This document shows, piece by piece, positions 48,118 through 55,837 of a stretch of 64,000 nt of DNA. Every line of letters begins with the position of its first letter. Position 1 is the first letter of the stretch. The DNA is from Chloroflexota bacterium (GTDB lineage: Bacteria; Chloroflexota; UBA11872). Position numbers and translations under genes: made by a program. The stretch lies in assembly GCA_028874315.1 (NCBI GenBank), contig JAPPKM010000071.1, positions 226 through 64,225 of the forward strand, written 5' to 3'. The notes under the pieces were generated by a model. That model saw only the letters and a list, made by a program, of their open reading frames with translations. It searched no databases and had not been told where the DNA came from.

Positions 48118-48714
48118 CTAAAATTGCCTCCAGTCATTGTCTTCCCATTTGAACAATGAAGGACTCTTCGGGCCGTTCAACCAGTTTTCTGGATGTTCTA
48201 CAAAACACAAATACAGGTTTCCGTTGCAACAACTGGCAATCTTGGAACACATGGACAGGATCTGTTCCTGGCGAATCCCCTGGTAAGTCGAAACGAACAG
48301 CTGGCTCTCTGAGCGCCCCATGACAAGCTTACTAAAGTCCTTGGTGATCTGTCGGCTGTTACTTTTGTCGAATTCGGACTCGACTTGCCAGAGGCACTTT
48401 GAAATGTATGGGAGGCATTTCCCTTGCCCGATTGATTCAACCCATCCAATCTGACAAACCGATATGTCGAACAATAACTCATTCAACATAAAATCTCTGT
48501 TGTCTCTATTGTTCATCCAAAATGCACGTTGATTCTTACTGGAATAATATTCCCGAAAGGCATCCCCCAAACAGTCTATCCACACGTTAGCGCAGTCTCT
48601 ATGAATTTGACCCAGAGAATTGTTGGAAGAGTCCCCGGAAGAGGCCGTTAGCTTCACTGCATTCTCCCAAGACTTATGTATGAGAATTTCAAGGTCAATA
48701 CTTCTGTCCGTCAC
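48118..48714 (-). CDS. Hypothetical protein, strongly AT-shifted
   Basis: 198-aa ORF, clearly the AT-richest coding stretch of the window by eye. 'LLFDISVC…WQVESEFDKS' is a faint PD-(D/E)xK-like pattern. Confidence 0.5.
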   Translation of the reverse strand: MTDRSIDLEILIHKSWENAVKLTASSGDSSNNSLGQIHRDCANVWIDCLGDAFREYYSSKNQRAFWMNNRDNRDFMLNELLFDISVCQIGWVESIGQGKCLPYISKCLWQVESEFDKSNSRQITKDFSKLVMGRSESQLFVSTYQGIRQEQILSMCSKIASCCNGNLYLCFVEHPENWLNGPKSPSLFKWEDNDWRQF

Positions 48715-48787
48715 TTCGATTCCTCCTTAGTAGGTTCAAGACAAGCGTCTCACGGATGGCCACCACATGGGAATGTGTAGAGGCCTC

Positions 48788-48978
48788 GACACCCAATGTA
48801 CGCACGACAGATTACGCTTACGTCACGTTCGGCATTCCCGAGATGACGCGCGATGACAGTTCAGTGTCCGCGAGCCAACGTACCGCGAGGGGGCGGGAAC
48901 ACTCACGCCGCTGATTCTGGAGACGCGTCCAACCGCCGCCGTTTACGGCGCGAAGCGAAGGCATCACGGTTGCGGCCG
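48788..48978. repeat. R repeat copy 1 (~190 bp), upstream of minus-strand gene 48118..48714
   Basis: Aligns with 51731..51922. Perfect cores are 'cgatgacagttcagtgtccgcg' (48851..48872) and 'ggggcgggaacactcacgccgctgattctgga' (48890..48921). Confidence 0.8.
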
Positions 48979-49926
48979 GGTAGTGGTCAAGTTTGATCAG
49001 CGGAGGTCGTGACGCCGCTTTGACACGGCGCGCGCGTCCGGTTCCTCCGCTTCGAGGAGGCCCACCACGTCGGCCATCGTCCAGGGGCGCGTCTCAAGGC
49101 CGGCAGCCATCGCCGGCGTCGTCGGCGTGCCGTGCGCGGCGCGGGTCAGCGTCGCGTGCGGCCGGACGAAGTTGTAGACCATGAAGTGGAGCGCGACGGC
49201 GCAGCTCAGGTTGTAGACCTTCTTCAAGAACGCATTCGTCAGGCGGGTGAACCGCCGCATCGACATGCGCATGGTGGGGTTCTGGCGCTCCACGTGCGAC
49301 GTGCTGACGTGTGCAGGGCCAGGGTCGCCGGGCACGACGACCGGCCGCGACGCGATGCACACGGGCGGGCTGTACGCGCGCTCGCGGTCCATGGGGACAG
49401 CGTAAAGCTTCCGCAGCTGCGCATAGTCCACGGTCGCGTCGAAGGCCTCGATCACGGCCTCGCGGTAGAAACTGGCGGCGTCCGAGGTGAGTTGGAAGCG
49501 TCCACGGATGAGGCGGCCCAGGTCCAGCAAGAAGCGCTGCGCGTTGTGGATGTCGCGGTTGCCCACCAGCCACGTCGGCGCCAGCTTCGTGTCCGTGCAG
49601 ATCGCCGTGAACGTGTACACGTCGCCGATCCCAAACTAGCCGCGCCGCTCGGCGGGCACGTGCTTGGCCTTCATGCCGACGTAGGCCCAGATCTCATCCA
49701 CCTGGACGCGCGTCAGGGCGAGATCGCGCAGGACCTCGCCCTGGTAGGCGGCCACCACGGGTCCCAGGTCCGTCAGGAGCTTGAGCACCGTAGGCTTGAA
49801 GACCGGAGCCACCCGCGTGATGGCATTGATCGCAATGCCCTCGGACAGCAACGCCACGACCTGGGCGCGCGTCTCGCGACTCAACCGGCGCATCGGGTGG
49901 CCCGTGTATCAGACTTTCGTAGTATT
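48979..49926. mobile_element. IS1-family insertion sequence (ends approximate)
   Basis: Encloses the transposase. Imperfect terminal inverted repeats 'ggtagtggtcaagtttgatcagcgg' and '…ccgtgtatcagactttcgtagtatt' match at about 14 of 25 positions. Homology between R copies stops exactly at the left end. Confidence 0.5.
48997..49893 (-). pseudogene. IS1-family transposase interrupted by an in-frame TAG
   Basis: ORFs 49636..49893 and 48997..49620 are in the same frame, separated by TAG (49636..49638): …HVPAERRG*FGIGDVYTFTAICTD… Blocks 'VQVDEIWAYVG', 'TSDAASFY' and 'HVERQNPTMRMSMRRFTRLTNAF' are IS1-like. Confidence 0.7.
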
Positions 49927-50013
49927 GCTTAGGGTAGTCAGGTTGTTAACCCGTGGCATACGCGATACGGTTGCAGCACCGGGACACCGACCGGGATGCG
50001 AAAGGATGGGGCC

Positions 50014-50211
50014 ATGACGACTGAGGCGGAACGGTTGTCACGGCTGGAAGGGGCCTACGAGCACCTCGCGACCAAGGCCGACATTGCTGATCTTCGTGGC
50101 GAGCTGAAGGTCGAGTTGACCAGGGTCGAAACCCGGCTCACGCGATGGGTGATCGGCGCGGCTGGCGCTGCGGCGGCCGTCGTGATCGCGGCCGATCGGC
50201 TGTTCGCATGA
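50014..50211 (+). CDS. Small coiled-coil + C-terminal TM protein
   Basis: ATG at 50014 after AAGGA. MTTEAERLSRLEGAYEHLATKADIADLRGELK…VIGAAGAAAAVVIAA. Confidence 0.45.
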   Translation: MTTEAERLSRLEGAYEHLATKADIADLRGELKVELTRVETRLTRWVIGAAGAAAAVVIAADRLFA

Positions 50212-50420
50212 CCCGCGGTGGCCCCGCCAGCCATCGCTATCGGCCCTCCCCAGCCGACGCTGAGCGGCTCCAGGCCGAATTGCTCCGATTCCATGACCAC
50301 CTGCGCAAGGGTGGCTACGCCCCACGGACTGCGGCGACCAAAGCTGGCGGGGCCGAGTGGTTCGTGCGCTTTCTCAACGGCGAGGAGTTCCGAAAGACTG
50401 ACGGGCGGTTCCGCCCATGA
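50208..50420 (+). CDS. Small hypothetical protein
   Basis: ATGA overlap with the previous stop. 70 aa (MTRGGPASHRYRPSPADAERLQAELLRFHDHL…). Confidence 0.4.
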   Translation: MTRGGPASHRYRPSPADAERLQAELLRFHDHLRKGGYAPRTAATKAGGAEWFVRFLNGEEFRKTDGRFRP

Positions 50421-50593
50421 CGCACCGCGGCCCACCGGACCCGAACGAGATGGCCTTCCGCATCGTCCAGGCGGCCGTGGTCGCTGGCCGCAAGGGTGGC
50501 CAGGCTCGCGCCAAGGCCCTCACGGCAGCCGAGCGCACGGCGATTGCCCAACAGGCAGCCGCCAAGCGCTGGGAGCAGCAGCCCTCCGCCTAG
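50417..50593 (+). CDS. Small basic protein (58 aa, below the ORF-track cutoff)
   Basis: ATGA overlap with the previous stop. MTHRGPPDPNEMAFRIVQAAVVAGRKGGQARAKALTAAERTAIAQQAAAKRWEQQPSA. Confidence 0.4.
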   Translation: MTHRGPPDPNEMAFRIVQAAVVAGRKGGQARAKALTAAERTAIAQQAAAKRWEQQPSA

Positions 50594-50594
50594 T

Positions 50595-51644
50595 TCAGGC
50601 TGCGCACCGCTCCACGTAGTCGCGCGTGAACAGGACATAGCTCAGCATGTCCGGCCAGTCCGACACGTCGCTATCGAAGTCGGCGGCGCCCCTGGGATGG
50701 GACACCAGCACGTCGTAGGCCCGCCAGGTGGACCATGCGAAGTCGTCGGCTGGCGGGCCGGTGTGCCCGAAGATCCCGTGCCAGGCGAGGCCCTGCGTGA
50801 TGAAGGCCCAGACCTCGTCCACCACGCAGGCGTCGAAGTTGCGCGGCCACCCGAACGGGGACACTGCGTGCCAGAGCTCGTGCGCGATGGTGACGGCCAG
50901 CACCCCAGGATTCGCATGCCGGCGCGCCGGGTTTACCAGGATCGTGTGTGAGCGGGGGTGATAGGCCGCGGACACGATGCCGACCGCAAACCGGCCGTCG
51001 ATGTCGAAGCGCACGTTCACGGTGTCATGCCCTGGCTGGAGGCGGAAGAAGTCCCACAGCTGGATGCTTCGGAGGATGTCCCACGCGGGCTGGAGCCCAG
51101 GATCAATCTGCGGGCCGCGGGCGACGGGCGGAGGGCTCGGCTCTGGTGGCGGCACGTACACCGGGGCCAGCGGGCAGGCGGAGCTCTGCCACGGGCAGGC
51201 CCACGCGCCGTAGAGCACGCCGGAATCGGTCCCGCGCAGAAAGGCGTCCACGGCCCCCCGGCCAATGACATCGGCTGCCATGCGGGCGGCCAGCTCGGGC
51301 TGCCCGCTTCGCGCCTGGGCGACCTCGTACACCCGCCCGTAGTCGGGATGCGTGGTGGGATCGGGCGCGGCCGGCGGCGGCGGAGCTGGCGTCGACGCGG
51401 GCGGGTGTTCGTGTCGCCAGGTGAAGCGGCGCTGGTCCCGGTGCTCGTGCTGGCACACCGCTTCGGCAACACGGACATCGCCGTAGACCCGCGGGTAGAT
51501 CCCGACATTCTGCTCGCGGCCGGCCGCGAGCTCGTAGGCGTCATTGGCGTTGATACACGGGGTGGCATGGTGGGCTGCCGCACTGGCGAGCGTGAGCACA
51601 CCCAGGGCGACGGCGAGGGCCAGGGCGCGAGGGATGGCCAGCAT
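50595..51644 (-). CDS. Secreted protein with HExxH metallopeptidase motif
   Basis: N-terminal signal-like 'MLAIPRALALAVALGVLTLASAAA', a Pro-rich linker, then 'VTIAHELWHAV'. Confidence 0.55.
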   Translation of the reverse strand: MLAIPRALALAVALGVLTLASAAAHHATPCINANDAYELAAGREQNVGIYPRVYGDVRVAEAVCQHEHRDQRRFTWRHEHPPASTPAPPPPAAPDPTTHPDYGRVYEVAQARSGQPELAARMAADVIGRGAVDAFLRGTDSGVLYGAWACPWQSSACPLAPVYVPPPEPSPPPVARGPQIDPGLQPAWDILRSIQLWDFFRLQPGHDTVNVRFDIDGRFAVGIVSAAYHPRSHTILVNPARRHANPGVLAVTIAHELWHAVSPFGWPRNFDACVVDEVWAFITQGLAWHGIFGHTGPPADDFAWSTWRAYDVLVSHPRGAADFDSDVSDWPDMLSYVLFTRDYVERCAA

Positions 51645-51730
51645 GTGGGGACTCCCGGCCAGCCACGCAAAACGCGGCCCCGGATAGACCGCTGAGCAAC
51701 TGACCTACTACCGGAATATCAGGAGGCTGG

Positions 51731-51922
51731 GACGCCCAATGTACGCACTGCAGATTGCGCATTCGTGACGTTTGGTCGTTCCGCAGATGTCATTCGATGA
51801 CAGTTCAGTGTCCGCGGTCTAACTGACAGCGACGGGGCGGGAACACTCACGCCGCTGATTCTGGACACATGTCCGTCGGCTGCCGCGTACGCCGGGCAGC
51901 GGAGGCATCACGATCGCGGCCG
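51731..51922. repeat. R repeat copy 2, upstream of minus-strand gene 50595..51644
   Basis: Aligns with 48788..48978. Cores at 51795..51816 and 51834..51865. Confidence 0.8.
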
Positions 51923-52324
51923 TGCACGACCACTAGACCTCGGCCAGCTAAGTGTTTGACGGTGCACGGCAGTCACGGCAGCGGCGGGTGCACAACGGCC
52001 GCGGTCGCCGTGACCGGGACGGATGTCGCCGACTAGCCGCCACCACACGGCCGGATCCGCCCAGTTCGGCGGAGCATGCAGCGCCCGGCCCTCGCGTTGG
52101 GTAGGTTCATCGACTGCCTCCAGTAGCCACCCTGCCTGGCGTCCGACGGGCGTTGATCGCACCTGTGGATGGCCGGGGATAGGTTAAGGCGCAGCGCCAC
52201 GCCTGCGGCGTGACCGTCGTCATCGCCAGTGGCGTACCGGGCGCGGCGCTTAGGGGCCTCCGTCAGTTCGCAGCGAGACCGTCGCGGTACGGCGGCGCGT
52301 CACCCTCGCACCCGGCGAGACTGT

Positions 52325-52966
52325 GTACGGAATCCTGCCTTCCGCCCGGCACCGTAGCTCGGCACCCTGAGGAAAGGCCGCCCATGCACCAGGGAGGAGT
52401 CGGATGCCCCATGCCGCAGCCGCGCCGATCTCCGGGCGGCCTCACGCGCGCCGGGCAGCCCGCCGCGGCCGGCGGTCGTTCGCCGCGGACTAATCGGTGG
52501 GTAGACGATGCGTTCCGAGACTTGGCTTGCGGCTATCGCTTGTGTAGCTCAGCACTCGTCGGCCTGCCGGGCGTCCGACGCCTCGCGCGCCGCCGGTTTC
52601 GCCGCAGCGCCTTCGCCGACGTGCATGCGACGCGGGCGCACCTGGAACAGGCGACCGAGCGGGCCTCAGCGATCCTGACCCTGCGGCAGGCCCTGGCACT
52701 GCGGCTCTTCTGCGACGGCCAGCCGATGACCGCCATTGCGTCGCAACTGGGTCTCCGCAGCCGCCAGCATCCCTGGGCCGCCTACCGACGTCCGGCCGTG
52801 GAGGCGTTGACCCGCGAGTTCCTGGCGCAGGCGCAGGCCGAATTTCCCCCGAATTAGGGTAGAATTTCCGTGCCATTGTTCCTGGAAGGGGGCAACGGCC
52901 TGTAAACCGGCCTCGAAGCCGTAACAGGTTTGGGATGGCTCGCGCGGGGTGCGTGTCACCGCGGTA
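52325..52966 (+). repeat. Module copy 3: leader + disrupted HTH gene + conserved tail, abutting attR
   Basis: Aligns with copies 1 and 2. The tail continues directly into the 40-bp att repeat. Confidence 0.85.
52404..52857 (+). pseudogene. Small HTH gene copy 3, disrupted (nonsense + 1-nt insertion relative to copies 1/2)
   Basis: The homologous ATG at 52404 gives MPHAAAAPISGRPHARRAARRGRRSFAAD*. The conserved C-terminal HTH part continues in another frame (ORF 52210..52857). Confidence 0.6.
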
Positions 52967-54449
52967 CTTCTAAGCCGTGGGTCGCAGGTTCGAATCCTGC
53001 CGGGGGCGCCGCGGCCGCTTCCGCTCGTCGCGCGATAGCTGTGGCCAGGCCGTCAAAGATCCACGCATGGACCGGATAGAGAACGTACCAGTACGCCAGC
53101 CCGGCCAGGCCCTTGGGCACGAACACCGCCGTCTGCTCCAGGTTGGTTTTGCCCTCGCAAGTCGAGGATAAGCGGAACTGGAGCCAGGCCCTCCCGGGAA
53201 GCTTCATTTCAGCTCGCAGTCGAAGCAGTGAATCGGCTTGCAGGTCCTCCACGCGCCAGAAGTCCAGAGCATCGCCAACTCGCAGATCATCCGGATGTCG
53301 TCGCCCCCGGCGAAGTCCAGCGCCGCCGAGCAGCCGGTCGATCAGTCCGCGAACTCTCCAGGTCCAGTTGGCGAAGTACCAGCCTCGGGATGAACCGATA
53401 CTCGTGAGCACCCGGTACACCTCCGTGGCCGGAGCCGCAATCCTGCGAGTCCTGCGCTCGACGATCGTGCCTCGATTGGACTCCAAGACGACCCGTGCCT
53501 CGAGTTCCGGCGTTGGGCCTGCCGCGTCCGACCAGGACGTGTCGATGCATCCCGCATCGAGATCCTGAATCACCCGATCAATTGCCGAGGCGTAGTCCTG
53601 CGGCTCGATGTGAGGAAAGAGCGTGCGAGCGAGGTGGTCGGTTACGACGACGTCGTTGCGAAGCCCTTCCACGAGCGCCCCGGTGATGCCGGCCGGGATG
53701 GGCGTAATCCAATGAACCCAGTACGAGGACAATCGAGGGGTCAGAACCGGGACGGGAAGCAGGAATCGACGCAGACCGCGAGCCTTCGCGTAGCCGAGAA
53801 TCAGCCCCCGGTAGGTCGTCACATCCCTACCGCCAATCTCGACGATGCGCCCGGCACTCTCCGGAACGACCAGCGAAGTGACCAGGTAGTTCAGAACGTC
53901 ATCGACGGCGATGGGCTGGATTCGAGAATAGATCCACTTGGGACAGACCATTACCGGGAGACGTTCCACGAGATAGCGAATCATCTCGAACGAGATGCTG
54001 CCCGAGCCGACAATTACCGCAGCCCGGAACTCTGTGACGGGAACTCCGCCCTCCCGAAGCGCCTCTCCAGTCTCATGGCGCGAGCGCAAGTGCTTGGACA
54101 GATGGGCACCGGGCTCTCCGAGACCACCCAGGTAGATGATGCGGCTGACGCCGGCCTGTCTGGCCGCGCGACCGAACGCGCGGGCAGCAGAGGCGTCCAG
54201 ATCTCCGAAGCGCGCTCCCTTCGACATGCTATGAATCAGGTAGTAGGCGACGTCCACGTCTTCGAGCGCCTTCGAGAGGTCTCGAGCATTGAGGACATCC
54301 CCGACCACAACCTCGACTTGACCGGACCAGGGGCGAGAAGCGGCATGCGCCCTGCTTCGCACGAGAACGCGAATTCGGTGGCCTTCTTCAAGCAGCCGAG
54401 GCACCAACCGTCCGCCGATATATCCGGTCGCCCCGGTGACCAGGATCAT
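52956..54449 (-). CDS. NAD(P)-binding (atypical SDR/NmrA-like) protein with extra C-terminal domain
   Basis: 'MILVTGATGYIGGRLVPRLL' Rossmann start. 497 aa. The last ~17 codons are encoded by the att repeat and island edge. Confidence 0.75.
   Translation of the reverse strand: MILVTGATGYIGGRLVPRLLEEGHRIRVLVRSRAHAASRPWSGQVEVVVGDVLNARDLSKALEDVDVAYYLIHSMSKGARFGDLDASAARAFGRAARQAGVSRIIYLGGLGEPGAHLSKHLRSRHETGEALREGGVPVTEFRAAVIVGSGSISFEMIRYLVERLPVMVCPKWIYSRIQPIAVDDVLNYLVTSLVVPESAGRIVEIGGRDVTTYRGLILGYAKARGLRRFLLPVPVLTPRLSSYWVHWITPIPAGITGALVEGLRNDVVVTDHLARTLFPHIEPQDYASAIDRVIQDLDAGCIDTSWSDAAGPTPELEARVVLESNRGTIVERRTRRIAAPATEVYRVLTSIGSSRGWYFANWTWRVRGLIDRLLGGAGLRRGRRHPDDLRVGDALDFWRVEDLQADSLLRLRAEMKLPGRAWLQFRLSSTCEGKTNLEQTAVFVPKGLAGLAYWYVLYPVHAWIFDGLATAIARRAEAAAAPPAGFEPATHGLEVPR
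52967..53006 (+). repeat. attR core: 40-bp copy of the tRNA-Arg 3' half
   Basis: Identical to 26366..26405. The upstream part of the tRNA is absent, so this is not a second tRNA gene. Confidence 0.9.
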
Positions 54450-54675
54450 GTCAGAAGCTCCGGTTGCTTTCTTGGTTTGACTTCATCCTAGTCGTGGTTG
54501 ACCGCTGAGCCGGGTGGGATTGGACACGCTCCGCGAATGTGTGGGGGCAGTGGCGCGAAACAGAGGTCAGGCATCCGGGAGCCTTTTGGCGCACGAAGCG
54601 AGGTCGAGCCAGGTTGCACGAGACCGGCCGACTCATGATCCACTCGCCGTCGAATCAATGAGGTACTTCGCCCAT

Positions 54676-55782
54676 CTACGCAATCACCTGCGCATCGCGT
54701 GCACGCTCGTAGTCGGTCAGAACCTCTCGCCCATCGGAAGTGACGAGGATCAGATCCTCGATGTGATAGCCGGCGACATCAGGGTCAAGATAAGCCGGCT
54801 CGATGCAGAGGACCATGCCCGGCTGTAGCGGTTCGTTCGTGCTGGGCTTGAGCATGGGGTATTCGTGGAGTCCCAATCCGAGCCCATGCCCGATATGCGC
54901 TAGTTGAAAGGGCAGGCCGACGTTCCGGTAGGCGGCCTGACACACGGAATACAGTTCGCTGACCAGGAGACCGGGACGAATGGCATCAAGCGTTTCGACG
55001 TGAGTCTCATAGAGCCGGCTGTAGATGTCGCGCTGGTGTGGACTCGGAGTGCCAACGAAAGCCGTTCTGGCCAGATCCGACCAGTAGCCGACAAAATTGC
55101 CGGCGACGTCCGTGTGAATCACCTGGCCGGCTTCAAGACGCGTTGCTCCCGGTCGGGCGTGCCACTCGAATGACCGCGTGCCGGTCCCGAGGAACATGAA
55201 GTTCATGACGTCGGCCCCGGCCGCGGTCACCCCGGCCGTGATGTCGTCCGCGACCTCTTTCTCGGATTCGCCGATGGATGCGCGTTCGAAGGCGCTGCGA
55301 ATCGCACGCTCGGTTGCTTGACCTGCGGTGGCGAGGGCGTCGATCTCCTCAGGCGTCTTGATCATCCTGGTTCGGTCCATCAGGTTTCCGCAATCGACCA
55401 TCGTGGCGCCCGGTAGCCGCTTCCGCAGTTGGTTGACATAAGCGGCTGGCAGTAGGTGCGTCTCGAGTCCGAGCCGGCCGGTGGCGAGACCTTTTTCCAT
55501 GACGACATCGGCCAGGAGGTCAATCGGGGAAGTGACAAACTCGGTGTAGGCGCGCATGTCGTCGATTCGACAGTCGTCCCGGCAAGCGACATCTTCGCCC
55601 TTGCATACGACGATCGCCGGATCTCCCTTACCGGGCCACAGGAGCAGCGCCAGCCGGTCCGGAATCAGGCGCTGCATGACCATTCGAGCACCCGACAGGT
55701 AGGAAACATTCTCCAACGAGCTGGCGACCACGGCGTCCAGTCCGGACTCGGCGAGCAGGGATTCGAAACGCTCAAGGTTCAT
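54676..55782 (-). CDS. M24-family peptidase (Xaa-Pro aminopeptidase/creatinase fold)
   Basis: 'HIGHGLGLGLHEYP' and 'CIEPAYL' metal-ligand blocks. Confidence 0.8.
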   Translation of the reverse strand: MNLERFESLLAESGLDAVVASSLENVSYLSGARMVMQRLIPDRLALLLWPGKGDPAIVVCKGEDVACRDDCRIDDMRAYTEFVTSPIDLLADVVMEKGLATGRLGLETHLLPAAYVNQLRKRLPGATMVDCGNLMDRTRMIKTPEEIDALATAGQATERAIRSAFERASIGESEKEVADDITAGVTAAGADVMNFMFLGTGTRSFEWHARPGATRLEAGQVIHTDVAGNFVGYWSDLARTAFVGTPSPHQRDIYSRLYETHVETLDAIRPGLLVSELYSVCQAAYRNVGLPFQLAHIGHGLGLGLHEYPMLKPSTNEPLQPGMVLCIEPAYLDPDVAGYHIEDLILVTSDGREVLTDYERARDAQVIA

Positions 55783-55837
55783 TTCGCGACACTCCTGCGC
55801 AGCGTCGGGTCAGTGCGACCCGGCAACGGTGGCCGAC

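Larger units (their letters stand above)
26366..53006. mobile_element. tRNA-Arg-integrated genomic island (~26.6 kb), probably composite
   Basis: Perfect 40-bp direct repeat of the tRNA 3' half at both ends, with a tyrosine integrase next to the tRNA. Compositional shift by eye (clearest from about 34 kb onward). Cargo is of defence/mobile type. Confidence 0.85.

Noticed and set aside
49927-49960. 'ttagggtag' just right of the IS, also present at the start of each HTH-module tail
   Set aside because: The shared string is only 9 nt and the flanking bases do not align, which is not enough to link the IS end with the module tail.
52940-53010. Possible second tRNA-Arg gene at the right island end
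   Set aside because: Only the segment from the anticodon loop to the acceptor 3' strand is present. The upstream bases cannot form the anticodon stem, D-arm or acceptor 5' strand. It is an att duplicate, not a gene.
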